This document shows, one piece after another, positions 30,777 through 39,754 of a stretch of DNA of 64,000 nt. The stretch is from a virus: positions 48,317 through 112,316 of IMG/VR virus record IMGVR_UViG_3300047564_005910; one strand, given 5' to 3'. The position numbers and the translations under genes are program-made. Numbering within the stretch: position 1 is the first letter of the stretch; each line of letters begins with the position of its first letter. The notes under the pieces were generated by a model that was not told the DNA's origin, made no database searches, and was given only the letters and a program-made list of their open reading frames with translations.

Positions 30777-32135
30777 TCAAGTATTATTTTTAGTGCCTAA
30801 TTTTTCTAAAGTTGTTTCAGCCTCGTTAATAGTTTTTTCAGAATTTTCAGACGAAAAGTAATCAGGGTTAGTTTCGGTAAGAGTTAGTGTCTCGTATTTT
30901 ACTTTAAATGCACAACTACCGTAGTTAACACCAAAACGATTTTTCTGCATACCTAAATGTATAATACCTAGTTCTTTATCTTCTTCTTCTTGCCACAACG
31001 AACAAATAACGTCACATGTTGCGGCTAAGCCAATACTTTCAGAAATACTTTCCATACCAGGATTCGCTGAATTGAACGCTGGTCTATTAACCTGACTGGC
31101 TGTGACAAACGGTATATTAAACTTAAATGAAAGTGCTCGTAACTGCTCAGCAACTTCTTTTACTGATTCATACGAGTTTAAATTTTTTGTCGAAGGCTTT
31201 AAAAGATTTATATAGTCAATAACAACAATCTCAGGCTTAAAACCCTTACGGGTTAGCTTGGTTATATAACTATCGATGTTTCTTACTGAAACAGTTTTTG
31301 GTGGGTATTCTTTTATAACTAGCTTACTTTCAATTTGTTTCCTTATATGACCGACCTGCTGTTTGAGCTCTTCTGTATAAAGCTTTAATTGGTTATGAGG
31401 TATTTGTGTAAGTTGGGTACTAATACGCTTAGCGTACATAAACTCTGACATCTCTAAAGAGATTAACAAAGTGTTGCGGTTACCCATTACCATATTTGCA
31501 GCTATATTACCCAATACAATACTTTTACCGATATTAACCTGACCAACAAAGCAGGTTAATGTTTTCGGGTAAAGGCCTCCCTCTAACTTTTCGTCTAAAA
31601 ATTTCCAGTTAGTAGGTATCGGGTTATATACAGTTAGTAACTCTCTAATGTGTTCTTCAACATTATCAAAGTACCAATGACCCATGTCTTCAACTAAGTT
31701 AATGCTATAAGCTTTTTCAAACTTTGTAAGTGTCTCTGCAATATCAGCCTTACCCTGAGAGTATTTTTCAGCTGTATCAACAATAATTTTATATAAACTT
31801 CTTTCTTTTAAGAAGAGCTCTGTGTTAGCTATTAACTCTTCTTTGTTAAAATTAGTATCGAATTGTTTAAATGCATTTGCAACACTGTTAAAAGCGTTTT
31901 TTTCTTCTTCAGTTGTTAACCGTGTCTTAACTTCTGTTAAGGTTGGACAGCTACCTCTCTCATTAAAAAATGAAACAATGGTCCCTAACACCGTTTTAAC
32001 CTCTTTATTAGTAAAGAAATTAATATCTATGTGTTCAATAATTGAGGATAGATACTCCTGGCTTAAGAGTGAATTAAACAAGATTACATACTCGTAGTAA
32101 TCTAAATCCAGCTTAGAGGTGTTTGTAGACATCAA
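30777..32135 (-). CDS. gp41: Replicative DnaB-like helicase
   Basis: GQVNIGKS, SLEMSE, VVIDYINL, TASQVNR, SESIGL and KNRFG. Confidence 0.95.
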   Translation of the reverse strand: MMSTNTSKLDLDYYEYVILFNSLLSQEYLSSIIEHIDINFFTNKEVKTVLGTIVSFFNERGSCPTLTEVKTRLTTEEEKNAFNSVANAFKQFDTNFNKEELIANTELFLKERSLYKIIVDTAEKYSQGKADIAETLTKFEKAYSINLVEDMGHWYFDNVEEHIRELLTVYNPIPTNWKFLDEKLEGGLYPKTLTCFVGQVNIGKSIVLGNIAANMVMGNRNTLLISLEMSEFMYAKRISTQLTQIPHNQLKLYTEELKQQVGHIRKQIESKLVIKEYPPKTVSVRNIDSYITKLTRKGFKPEIVVIDYINLLKPSTKNLNSYESVKEVAEQLRALSFKFNIPFVTASQVNRPAFNSANPGMESISESIGLAATCDVICSLWQEEEDKELGIIHLGMQKNRFGVNYGSCAFKVKYETLTLTETNPDYFSSENSEKTINEAETTLEKLGTKNNT

Positions 32136-33241
32136 TCGTCGATTTTATCGACTTCTTCTTCAAGTTCAACAGTATTGCTACCACCGTAAGAAAGTTTTTC
32201 TTGTAAAACGTTTTCTAGCTCAGGCATAATCTGTTCCCAGAGAGCGGCATCTTTTTCAATATTTTTCCGATACCCAATACTTTTACCTTGGAAGCTATAA
32301 GTTCTACCTTCTTGTTTAATAACGTCAAACGCAAGAGCAATATCAAACAAACCGGTATGTTTGTCTAAGCCTGATTTAAAGTTTAAATAAAGCTCAGTTT
32401 TTAAGAAGCTAGGTATAAAACGATTTTTTACCGTTAGTGCGCCAAGAGTTACCCCTGTAATATTATGCGCAATAGCAATACCTTCTTCTTCAGGATTCTC
32501 AGAAGCTTTTTCGTTCTTGGTACTAAGTTGTACTAAAATCGATGAAAGATAAACAGGTCCTTTACCTCCTGATTGAGTCTTAACAAGAGTAGGAAACATT
32601 TCCATAGAATCATAAACGTGATTACTAAATAGAATAGGTACTCTAGCTTTTGCAGCTTTATACGTAAGTGTACGCATCATAGATTTAATAGCCTTAGCTC
32701 TTTGACCGACGTCAGATGCATCCTTACCTGCAACAGCATCTCTAATCTCTTTGCCTGACGCTAAGTTACCTAGCGAATCGATAGAGATAATAAATTTTAG
32801 TTCAGGGTTGTCAGCTTTAATAACGTTATCTAAAAACGTTACAATTTGATTACGGCAATCCTCGATGGTTTCAACAGGATAGTACTTCGTCTTAGCTGGA
32901 TCCATACCAATGTTTTCAGCTCCTTTTTTATCAACTGCAACCTCTGAATCCCAAATTACAGCTATATACCCTTTCTTTTGAGCATTAGCCATAATTTTGT
33001 TCATTATAAGTGTTTTACCAGCCATTGACGGTCCAGAAAAACCAGTAATACGACCTGACGGTACACCTTTATGTAGGGAACCAGAAAGAATAGCATTTAA
33101 TGCGTAAGAACCTGTATCAATCCAGTCATCAGCAGTAGACAATGTACTGCTTTCTAGTATTGCGGCGTCTGGATTTAAATCGTCTACAGACTTAAAAATA
33201 TCTTTTAGTGAATCAAGTGAATTAGATGCTTTTTTACCCAT
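32132..33241 (-). CDS. uvsX: RecA-like recombinase
   Basis: IDTGSYALNAILSGS, GPSMAGKT, DSE, IDSLGNL and NHVY. Confidence 0.95.
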   Translation of the reverse strand: MGKKASNSLDSLKDIFKSVDDLNPDAAILESSTLSTADDWIDTGSYALNAILSGSLHKGVPSGRITGFSGPSMAGKTLIMNKIMANAQKKGYIAVIWDSEVAVDKKGAENIGMDPAKTKYYPVETIEDCRNQIVTFLDNVIKADNPELKFIISIDSLGNLASGKEIRDAVAGKDASDVGQRAKAIKSMMRTLTYKAAKARVPILFSNHVYDSMEMFPTLVKTQSGGKGPVYLSSILVQLSTKNEKASENPEEEGIAIAHNITGVTLGALTVKNRFIPSFLKTELYLNFKSGLDKHTGLFDIALAFDVIKQEGRTYSFQGKSIGYRKNIEKDAALWEQIMPELENVLQEKLSYGGSNTVELEEEVDKIDD

Positions 33242-33281
33242 ACCAATATGATCGTTTCTTTTTTAAGAAAATCAACTTTTA

Positions 33282-33884
33282 TTAAAAATGAACAATATAA
33301 TCTATAGAATTTTCTCTAATGAAATTTTCAAAATAATTCAAATTCCAAGGATTATTTTTTCTCATATGAAAGTGCCATTCTATCGCTAAATGCTTCATGT
33401 AATTAAACGTATTGTCTAATAGCATTTTATCTAAAACTTCGCACTCTGCTCCTTCAATATCCATCTTTACATGTATATCATCTTCTTGGCTAAAATTGTT
33501 TTTAACAAAAGTAGAAAAATCAATACATTTTGTTTCCATTTCAACTTTTGGTGGCCATTCAGCCATATGATCTTTTTCTATATACGTGGGTATTAAAAAA
33601 TTTTCATGTAAGATGTTACTAGCACCACCTACCCACTTTTTTTCATACTTACAGAATTCAACATTTAATGTTCTTGATTCATTTTTATCCCAAACAGCAA
33701 CGTTATGAATTTTTATATTTGGGTGGGTGTATTTTTCCTTTAAAATATCAAAACTATTTTTATTGGGTTCAAACATGTGGACTTCAGTATCATCCAACTG
33801 AAGCCCCCAATGCTTGAAGTACAGTTCAAATCCTGAACCGATTTGCGATCCGCAATCTAAAAATACTTTTTTATTCTTCGTCAT
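33282..33884 (-). CDS. FkbM-family SAM-dependent methyltransferase
   Basis: VFLDCGSQIG, MFEPN, NVAVW, VKMDIEGAE and IEWH. Confidence 0.85.
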   Translation of the reverse strand: MTKNKKVFLDCGSQIGSGFELYFKHWGLQLDDTEVHMFEPNKNSFDILKEKYTHPNIKIHNVAVWDKNESRTLNVEFCKYEKKWVGGASNILHENFLIPTYIEKDHMAEWPPKVEMETKCIDFSTFVKNNFSQEDDIHVKMDIEGAECEVLDKMLLDNTFNYMKHLAIEWHFHMRKNNPWNLNYFENFIRENSIDYIVHF

Positions 33885-34257
33885 CGAAGAGTTTAACCAC
33901 GTCTTGATCTGCAGGTGCTTGGCCCGGAACAGGTTGTTCAGGCTGAGGCTGGGAAGCTAAACTCATAATTTGCTCATATTGAGCAATAATTTTAAAATCC
34001 AGAACCGGGTCTTTAACAAGAGCGATGCTGTCCTTTGTAAAGGAAACGATTACATCATCTGCTTTATCTGCTAAAAACTCTTTGAAAAAGAGAGGTAGAA
34101 TCTGAAGAGATAACTGACCTGTTTGAGGGTTTGGCTGTAAGTGAAGTACAGCTGGATCTTTTACGGTTAAGGTTTTGTCGTTTGATTCGACTTCTTGACC
34201 GATAATTGTACGGCTAACTGAGTCGAAGAACGCTACGATTTTTTTGTTGTTACTCAT
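33871..34257 (-). CDS. Hypothetical protein (possible Sm/SH3-like beta-barrel)
   Basis: TIIG...LTVKDPAVL beta pattern; sigma70-like TTGCAT/TATAAT upstream. Confidence 0.55.
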   Translation of the reverse strand: MSNNKKIVAFFDSVSRTIIGQEVESNDKTLTVKDPAVLHLQPNPQTGQLSLQILPLFFKEFLADKADDVIVSFTKDSIALVKDPVLDFKIIAQYEQIMSLASQPQPEQPVPGQAPADQDVVKLFDDEE

Positions 34258-34295
34258 ATGTCTTATATATTATAAAGTTTTTTTATAAAATGCAA

Positions 34296-35243
34296 CTACT
34301 GACCCATAGCTTTTTTAGTGTAATATTTCGGGTTTACTAAAACAGGGGGTAGCATGTCAAAAGATGTAGCTCTACACGGATTAATGTCTAATGAACCACG
34401 ACGTGAGTATAGTAGAGTTACAGCACAAGAATCTACTTCAGGACATTTCATAATTTCTGTATAAAGCTTTTCAGCACAAAACTCGTGAAACTCGTTAACC
34501 TCTCTAAGAGAGACTACCTGTTTAAAAAGTGATTCAGGTTTAAGAACACAACCAAGGGTGTTAATTGAGATATAAGCGGCTCCTGTATCTTTTTGCTTTG
34601 TATGGCGGCAACGAGAGCGTAATGCATTAGTAAAGAATTTATTTGCATAAAGGGCTTTGTTTTCTTTTATACTATAACCAAAGCCCGAATAATTAACACT
34701 TTCAAATTCAAGATGATTTTTTTCTGCATTATAATCAGTAATTTCAATACTCTCAAGATCTTTATCTAAGAAAGATTGTAAATCAATATAACCTGTCATA
34801 GGGAAGATTTCATTAATCTCATCTCCTGACCTAAAAAACTTAACATCAACGGAAGTTTCTAAAGCTTTTTCGAGATCTGTCTTAACTTGTAATTCGTAAT
34901 TTTGAATAGCAGAATCAAGCGACTGGCCCATCTTACACATGTCAAAAGTATTAAGGTAAAGTTTAGCAGACTTCGATTCAACCATATACTTAGAATCGGA
35001 TGAATAGGTGTACTTTAAAGTACCAGCTATAGGTACACCGCTATTAAGAAGAAAAGTAGCTTCATGGCAGTGCCAAGTATCATACCCAACAAATTCATCC
35101 CCTTTAATACCCCATCCATCTCGAGCGAGTTTACGGGGCATCGGGTTAAGAAGAGAGGGATCAAAACGGTCAGTGTAAACAGCATAAGAGGCTGAAGACC
35201 CTAACGATTTTGAAGCGATATCGTTTAAGTTTGTTGTACTCAT
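34296..35243 (-). CDS. queF: NADPH-dependent 7-cyano-7-deazaguanine reductase (bimodular QueF)
   Basis: QueF motif VESKSAKLYLNTF, catalytic LRSRCRHTKQKD (cf. LKSNC..T.QPD), EFHEFC and YSRRGSLDINP.R. Confidence 0.9.
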   Translation of the reverse strand: MSTTNLNDIASKSLGSSASYAVYTDRFDPSLLNPMPRKLARDGWGIKGDEFVGYDTWHCHEATFLLNSGVPIAGTLKYTYSSDSKYMVESKSAKLYLNTFDMCKMGQSLDSAIQNYELQVKTDLEKALETSVDVKFFRSGDEINEIFPMTGYIDLQSFLDKDLESIEITDYNAEKNHLEFESVNYSGFGYSIKENKALYANKFFTNALRSRCRHTKQKDTGAAYISINTLGCVLKPESLFKQVVSLREVNEFHEFCAEKLYTEIMKCPEVDSCAVTLLYSRRGSLDINPCRATSFDMLPPVLVNPKYYTKKAMGQ

Positions 35244-35788
35244 TGTTTTAAATATTTTTCTATTGTTTTCATTCTTTGCTCAACAGAACCTTTAAGCCGA
35301 ATGACTTTTTCTTTATTCTTCGGAGAAATTTTATACGTAATTAAATCTTCGAACAGAACAATTATATCATCTCTAAATTTAAAATCCACAGAACGTTCTC
35401 CGTCATCGACTAATTTTACATCAGATGGATCTGTATAAAAAACGTAGTCTAACTTATCAAACAGTAAACTAAATACACTATTAAAAGCATGTAAAACATC
35501 TTCTTTTACCTTGCCTTGATTTACTTGATATTTTGTATAAACATAACCATCTAAAATACAACGATCAAGCATTAAATTTTCTTCCGGTTTAAGATGATTC
35601 TTAATATGTTCAGCTAAAATGTATAGTTGAGTTTCTGTACCGCCAATCTCATTAATCTTTACATCATACGTCCGGCGAACATACCTCGTAACCTCATCAA
35701 CAAACTTATAATCTTTATAAGTCTCTTTGCACTTATTTAGTAAGGTAGTTTTACCTGTACTCTGAGCACCTGTAAATGAAACTCTCAT
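35240..35788 (-). CDS. P-loop nucleotide kinase-like protein (AAA_28/NadR-type)
   Basis: SFTGAQSTGKTT, DEVTR, LDRCILDGYVY and DDGER. Confidence 0.8.
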   Translation of the reverse strand: MRVSFTGAQSTGKTTLLNKCKETYKDYKFVDEVTRYVRRTYDVKINEIGGTETQLYILAEHIKNHLKPEENLMLDRCILDGYVYTKYQVNQGKVKEDVLHAFNSVFSLLFDKLDYVFYTDPSDVKLVDDGERSVDFKFRDDIIVLFEDLITYKISPKNKEKVIRLKGSVEQRMKTIEKYLKQ

Positions 35789-35795
35789 ATCTTTA

Positions 35796-36332
35796 TTATA
35801 GTCTATATCTTAAAAAATCAACCCATAATTCAGAAGCAGCTTTATGAGTTTTAGTAAAAATTTCATCAAGAGTATTGTTTTTTATATCAACAATATTTTG
35901 TGCTAGTATTGGCCCAGCATCTAATTCAGCAATACATTTGTGTATAGTGTTACCTGAGTATTTCAATTTTTCTTCAAAAGTACGAACTTGCGGGTCTTTA
36001 CCCTTTAGGTGAGGGTACGTAACTAAAGGGGCTGGATGCAAATTATATATTTCGTACAAGTCACATATTTCAGGTGGTATGATACGTAACCAACCGTGTA
36101 GTGTTACAAGAGATCTACTAGGTATAACATTTTTATATTCTTCTACTGTTGGTTTTTTTGGTAGCCAAATAAACTTGTCATGAAATTCATCAAATAATTC
36201 GGGTTTAATTTCTAAAAATTTATCTTTAGTTTTATTTGTAATAATAAAATCAGGTACCCGGTTAAGAGTTTTTATTAAATTAAAGATTTCAGAACCTGTT
36301 TGACTAAACAGTGTTACCCAAGGTCTTTTCAT
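35796..36332 (-). CDS. Formyltransferase (PurN-like), candidate preQ1 formyltransferase (DpdN-like)
   Basis: FSQTGS, LHGWLRI, YNLHPA, G.TIH and ELDAGPI formyl-THF motifs; sits between the DpdA-like gene and queF. Confidence 0.85.
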   Translation of the reverse strand: MKRPWVTLFSQTGSEIFNLIKTLNRVPDFIITNKTKDKFLEIKPELFDEFHDKFIWLPKKPTVEEYKNVIPSRSLVTLHGWLRIIPPEICDLYEIYNLHPAPLVTYPHLKGKDPQVRTFEEKLKYSGNTIHKCIAELDAGPILAQNIVDIKNNTLDEIFTKTHKAASELWVDFLRYRL

Positions 36333-37159
36333 TTACAGAGATTTCTAAACTGCGTAATATTCCAAAAAGAGTCGTATACTTGCTGACTTGTTAGATTAGC
36401 ATCAATAAAATCAACAAGTTTTACTGACCATTTTTCTGAAAGACCGGGACCCGGTTCATATCTTTTACCAAGAATGCCCGCAACAATTGGATTTGAAGTA
36501 TCAATAGTTTCAATATACTCACTCAAGTAATTATCAGAATATAGAGAAAATTCCCAAGGCAAAGATGCTCCGAGTAGATGATGTGGTTTGTCAACATCTA
36601 AAACGTCATTATCGTAAAGATCGTCAAGAAGCTTTACCCGGCCAATAGCATATTTAAACCATTTATTATCTTCATGGGACTTGACAAATCCCGGTACATT
36701 AATTTGTGACCAGTCACAGTTATCTAGGTAATAAGAATAATCAAACGAAATAGCAATTTTATCAACCTTTGGTGCTACAAAACGATAACAGTCAACAATA
36801 TCCTGATAGGTCTTACCCTGTACAACACCAATTTTACGTCCAGGTAGATCAGAATACTTTGTTAGGAAGTTATCCATTGACATACAAGTACCGGCTGTAT
36901 CCTCTAAAACATCAGGGATAACATACTCGAAGGGTTTAAGTTCTTTGACCCAATACGCAAACTGATCCGGATCAAAAGAGGTTCCTAGCTCAAAAATAGA
37001 GTTATCTAATAGAACTCTGCGACCGTAATCTACGGATCTGAAATAAAATTCTTTGTACGCCTGATTCTCAGGCAATAAATGCACCAAGCAATAATCATAG
37101 TCATTATAACCCCAAGAGTATGGAAGCAACGATACGGGTGTTTCGTGTGAGATTTTCAT
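36329..37159 (-). CDS. dpdA: TGT-fold guanine transglycosylase (DpdA3-like)
   Basis: LLDNSIFE, IPDVLED, IGVVQG, HHLLG and IDTSNP, the TGT/DpdA barrel motifs; clustered with queF and the polymerase. Confidence 0.75.
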   Translation of the reverse strand: MKISHETPVSLLPYSWGYNDYDYCLVHLLPENQAYKEFYFRSVDYGRRVLLDNSIFELGTSFDPDQFAYWVKELKPFEYVIPDVLEDTAGTCMSMDNFLTKYSDLPGRKIGVVQGKTYQDIVDCYRFVAPKVDKIAISFDYSYYLDNCDWSQINVPGFVKSHEDNKWFKYAIGRVKLLDDLYDNDVLDVDKPHHLLGASLPWEFSLYSDNYLSEYIETIDTSNPIVAGILGKRYEPGPGLSEKWSVKLVDFIDANLTSQQVYDSFWNITQFRNLCK

Positions 37160-37174
37160 AGAAGAAATTATATA

Positions 37175-39724
37175 CTAATTACAAAGTAAATCAAATAAAT
37201 CTGTTTGTACTTCTTTACCAATAATAGGTAATCTCCAGCCAATAGCGTCATAAACTTGTTCAATAGGAGGAGCTACAATTTTATTAAACATTTTATCGTA
37301 ATCAATTTTAACATCTAAACTAAACTCTTTCGGGTATTGATTTACAAAACCAATAGCGTCAAGGCCGTATGGGTTTTTTGCGGCATAAAAGTATTTGATC
37401 TTTTGACCTGAATTGATACGTTCATACTTTGTTTCAAGGTTATATTTTTCTAATAAGAGGTTATATGCAATTGCTGCTTTAACATGGCATGGTGTTGCTA
37501 AATTGAATTTTGCTAAAGAGGCGCCACCAGACCATTTGTCGTATTCTTTAACAGCTTTTCGAAACGCTGCATCTTCTACTTTAAGTGTTTTAAACAGTTC
37601 ATAAGCTTCTCTGTATACCTCGTTTGTCTTCTTTACATCTTTAGTTAAGAACGCTGTATTAATAGTTTTTTTAATTAACTCTTTAACTTGTTTAGGTGTT
37701 GTTGAACGTGCTAACTCAACACCAACATATTTAAATTTACTCGTAGGTACACCTTCTTCGTCTAGAATGTGAAGTATGTATCGTTTCTTCTGTAAAAAAG
37801 AACCGACATCAGCTATGGCTTCTCGCTTAAATTCAAATCGCGGATCAGCAGAGTTTAACTCTTTACGAGCCCAAGAAAGAATTTCTGTATTTAAATGTCT
37901 GCCAAGAGCATCAACTATTTTATGAGACTCGGAAGTAATGGCGTCATCTTTTACAAGCGGTAGTTTAAGTTTATTAAGGATAGGTTGTATAGTTGTGTAT
38001 AGGGAGTCGGTGTCCCCAGATAAAATAAGAGATTCATCGACATTAAATTTTTCTTTAGCCCATGCGTCAATAATAGCCCCTCCTGCTTTAGCAACAGCTT
38101 GACCGGTTAACGTGATTGAAGACGCGTTATCAATATCCATAAACGCCGAATGTTTGTTTGCAAACGTTCCGTAAATAGAGTTAAGGAGAATCTTTAACGT
38201 GTACTGTAGAGTATCAAAGTATTGTATTTGGGAAATTGTTTTTGGATCTTTTTGTTTTGTTTTTTTAAGCTCGATCATTTTTTGACGAGCATAGACTCGC
38301 TCATCATAAATGCTATTAATCAGGTTAGGACAAACACCTTTGTATTTTTGAGAGTATAAAACACCTGCTTTAGACAAAGAGACATTTTCTTCGGTTAGAA
38401 ATTTTTTAAGTTTCTTGGTGTTTATTGTAAAAATATTACCATTAACAAGACGTATATCGAGATCTTCATCTCCGTCAACATTACCTGTAACTATTTTACC
38501 TAGTTTAGTTTCTGGTGAAATATTAAGAGTTATGATTGTGTTAGGGTACAGAGAGTTAACGTCAAAACTTACAATAGCTTCTTTAAGACCTCGTTCAGGC
38601 TCCCTTACATAACCACCTTCAAGAGACTCTCTAATAGTATCGTTTTTAAACGTTGGTATGACGTAGCCTTGTTTGTCAGCCTGTAAAGTCATAGCTCCAG
38701 TAACAATAGATACCTTACCGAGAGCTCTTTCGAAATTTGTACAACCTTTATAAGACAATAGACGAATAATTTTAAGGTAGTTAAGTTTTTCTTCTAATTT
38801 ACGAAGCAGATCAACGTCCTGGATGTTATAGTCAACAAAATTTTCCCAGTCAGTGTCAGCTAAAGAGGATAAGTTTGTAGCATTAATAGCAAGCTTACCT
38901 TCCCCTAATTCGTATTCAGCAATATAATTTAACGAAAATGATTCTCGGTCACCTTTTGAATAGGTTTTGTAAATCTCCATGTAGTCTAAACAACTAACAC
39001 CTGAAATATACCAACGACCTACATCTTTACCAAACTTAGCAAAATTTTCTCTATACTGCATTTCACCGATTGGTGATAATTGTTTTATAAAATCTTCTCC
39101 GAGCAGGTTTCTAGCACGGTTAATAATATAAGGAATATCGAACTGCTCAGTATTCCACCCTGTTAAAATATCTGGAGGATCTTTTTTCCAGAACTTAACA
39201 AAGTTATCAAAAAGTTCTTGTTCTGTTTTACATAATATGTATGTAACATTATCGAGTTTAGGTTTATAGTCGTGCTTTAACCCCCAGGTGGTTATCTGGT
39301 TTGTCAGGGTATCATATACCGTAATAAGTACTACAGGGTCCTTAGCTTTATGAGGTACAGGGAACTCATTAGGAGAGTACGTTTCAATATCGATAAAATA
39401 AACTTTTAGTGGAAACTTACTAAACTCTTCTTTATGAACGTCGTCTTTAAACGTTTCAACCAAGAATTGCTGATCGACAGGCAGATTGCCAAATAACCTT
39501 TTAGTACTTGTTTCGTTTACGTACTTGTTTCGTTCAAAACTATTTTTAAAAAAATGTCTTTTTAGTGGTGTTTTAAAGATCGAGACAGCGTCTTTTGATT
39601 TTTCACTCTCTGTATAAAGAAACGGTGTAAACGGAACCTCAGTATCAATTCTATCGCCGTCAGAAGTCCACGTTCTTAGATATACAGTTCCTTCTCGTGG
39701 CCTATAAGTTGCGTTCCTAAACAC
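37175..39724 (-). CDS. gp43: Family B DNA polymerase
   Basis: Exonuclease motifs DIETY, GWN..FDIPY, YNIQD; polymerase motifs SFDVNSLYP, KILLNSIYG, GDTDS, KKRY; GTG start. Confidence 0.97.
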   Translation of the reverse strand: MFRNATYRPREGTVYLRTWTSDGDRIDTEVPFTPFLYTESEKSKDAVSIFKTPLKRHFFKNSFERNKYVNETSTKRLFGNLPVDQQFLVETFKDDVHKEEFSKFPLKVYFIDIETYSPNEFPVPHKAKDPVVLITVYDTLTNQITTWGLKHDYKPKLDNVTYILCKTEQELFDNFVKFWKKDPPDILTGWNTEQFDIPYIINRARNLLGEDFIKQLSPIGEMQYRENFAKFGKDVGRWYISGVSCLDYMEIYKTYSKGDRESFSLNYIAEYELGEGKLAINATNLSSLADTDWENFVDYNIQDVDLLRKLEEKLNYLKIIRLLSYKGCTNFERALGKVSIVTGAMTLQADKQGYVIPTFKNDTIRESLEGGYVREPERGLKEAIVSFDVNSLYPNTIITLNISPETKLGKIVTGNVDGDEDLDIRLVNGNIFTINTKKLKKFLTEENVSLSKAGVLYSQKYKGVCPNLINSIYDERVYARQKMIELKKTKQKDPKTISQIQYFDTLQYTLKILLNSIYGTFANKHSAFMDIDNASSITLTGQAVAKAGGAIIDAWAKEKFNVDESLILSGDTDSLYTTIQPILNKLKLPLVKDDAITSESHKIVDALGRHLNTEILSWARKELNSADPRFEFKREAIADVGSFLQKKRYILHILDEEGVPTSKFKYVGVELARSTTPKQVKELIKKTINTAFLTKDVKKTNEVYREAYELFKTLKVEDAAFRKAVKEYDKWSGGASLAKFNLATPCHVKAAIAYNLLLEKYNLETKYERINSGQKIKYFYAAKNPYGLDAIGFVNQYPKEFSLDVKIDYDKMFNKIVAPPIEQVYDAIGWRLPIIGKEVQTDLFDLLCN

Positions 39725-39730
39725 AAATTA

Positions 39731-39736
39731 AGTATA
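39731..39736 (-). promoter_or_regulatory. -10 box (TATACT) 6 nt before the polymerase GTG; likely leaderless transcript
   Basis: Minus strand reads TATACT-taattt-GTG; the same geometry recurs at several replication genes. Confidence 0.6.
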
Positions 39737-39754
39737 GCTTAAAACGAAAATATA

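Noticed and set aside
33255-33270. Small inverted repeat TTTCTT-TTTT-AAGAAA upstream of uvsX
   Set aside because: A six-bp, almost all-AT stem is expected by chance in this composition.
35796-36332. Formyltransferase as an auxiliary purine-synthesis gene (purN)
   Set aside because: No other pur genes are in the window, and it overlaps the DpdA-like gene next to queF; a modification role fits better.
36329-37159. tRNA-guanine transglycosylase for queuosine synthesis
   Set aside because: It is shorter than bacterial Tgt and lacks the C-terminal CxCxxC zinc site; no queA/queG or tRNA genes are seen; it is adjacent to the DNA polymerase.
37995-38030. Polymerase motif reads SGDTDS rather than YGDTDS, a possible adaptation to modified dGTP
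   Set aside because: This position already varies among T4-like polymerases, so no link can be drawn without an alignment.
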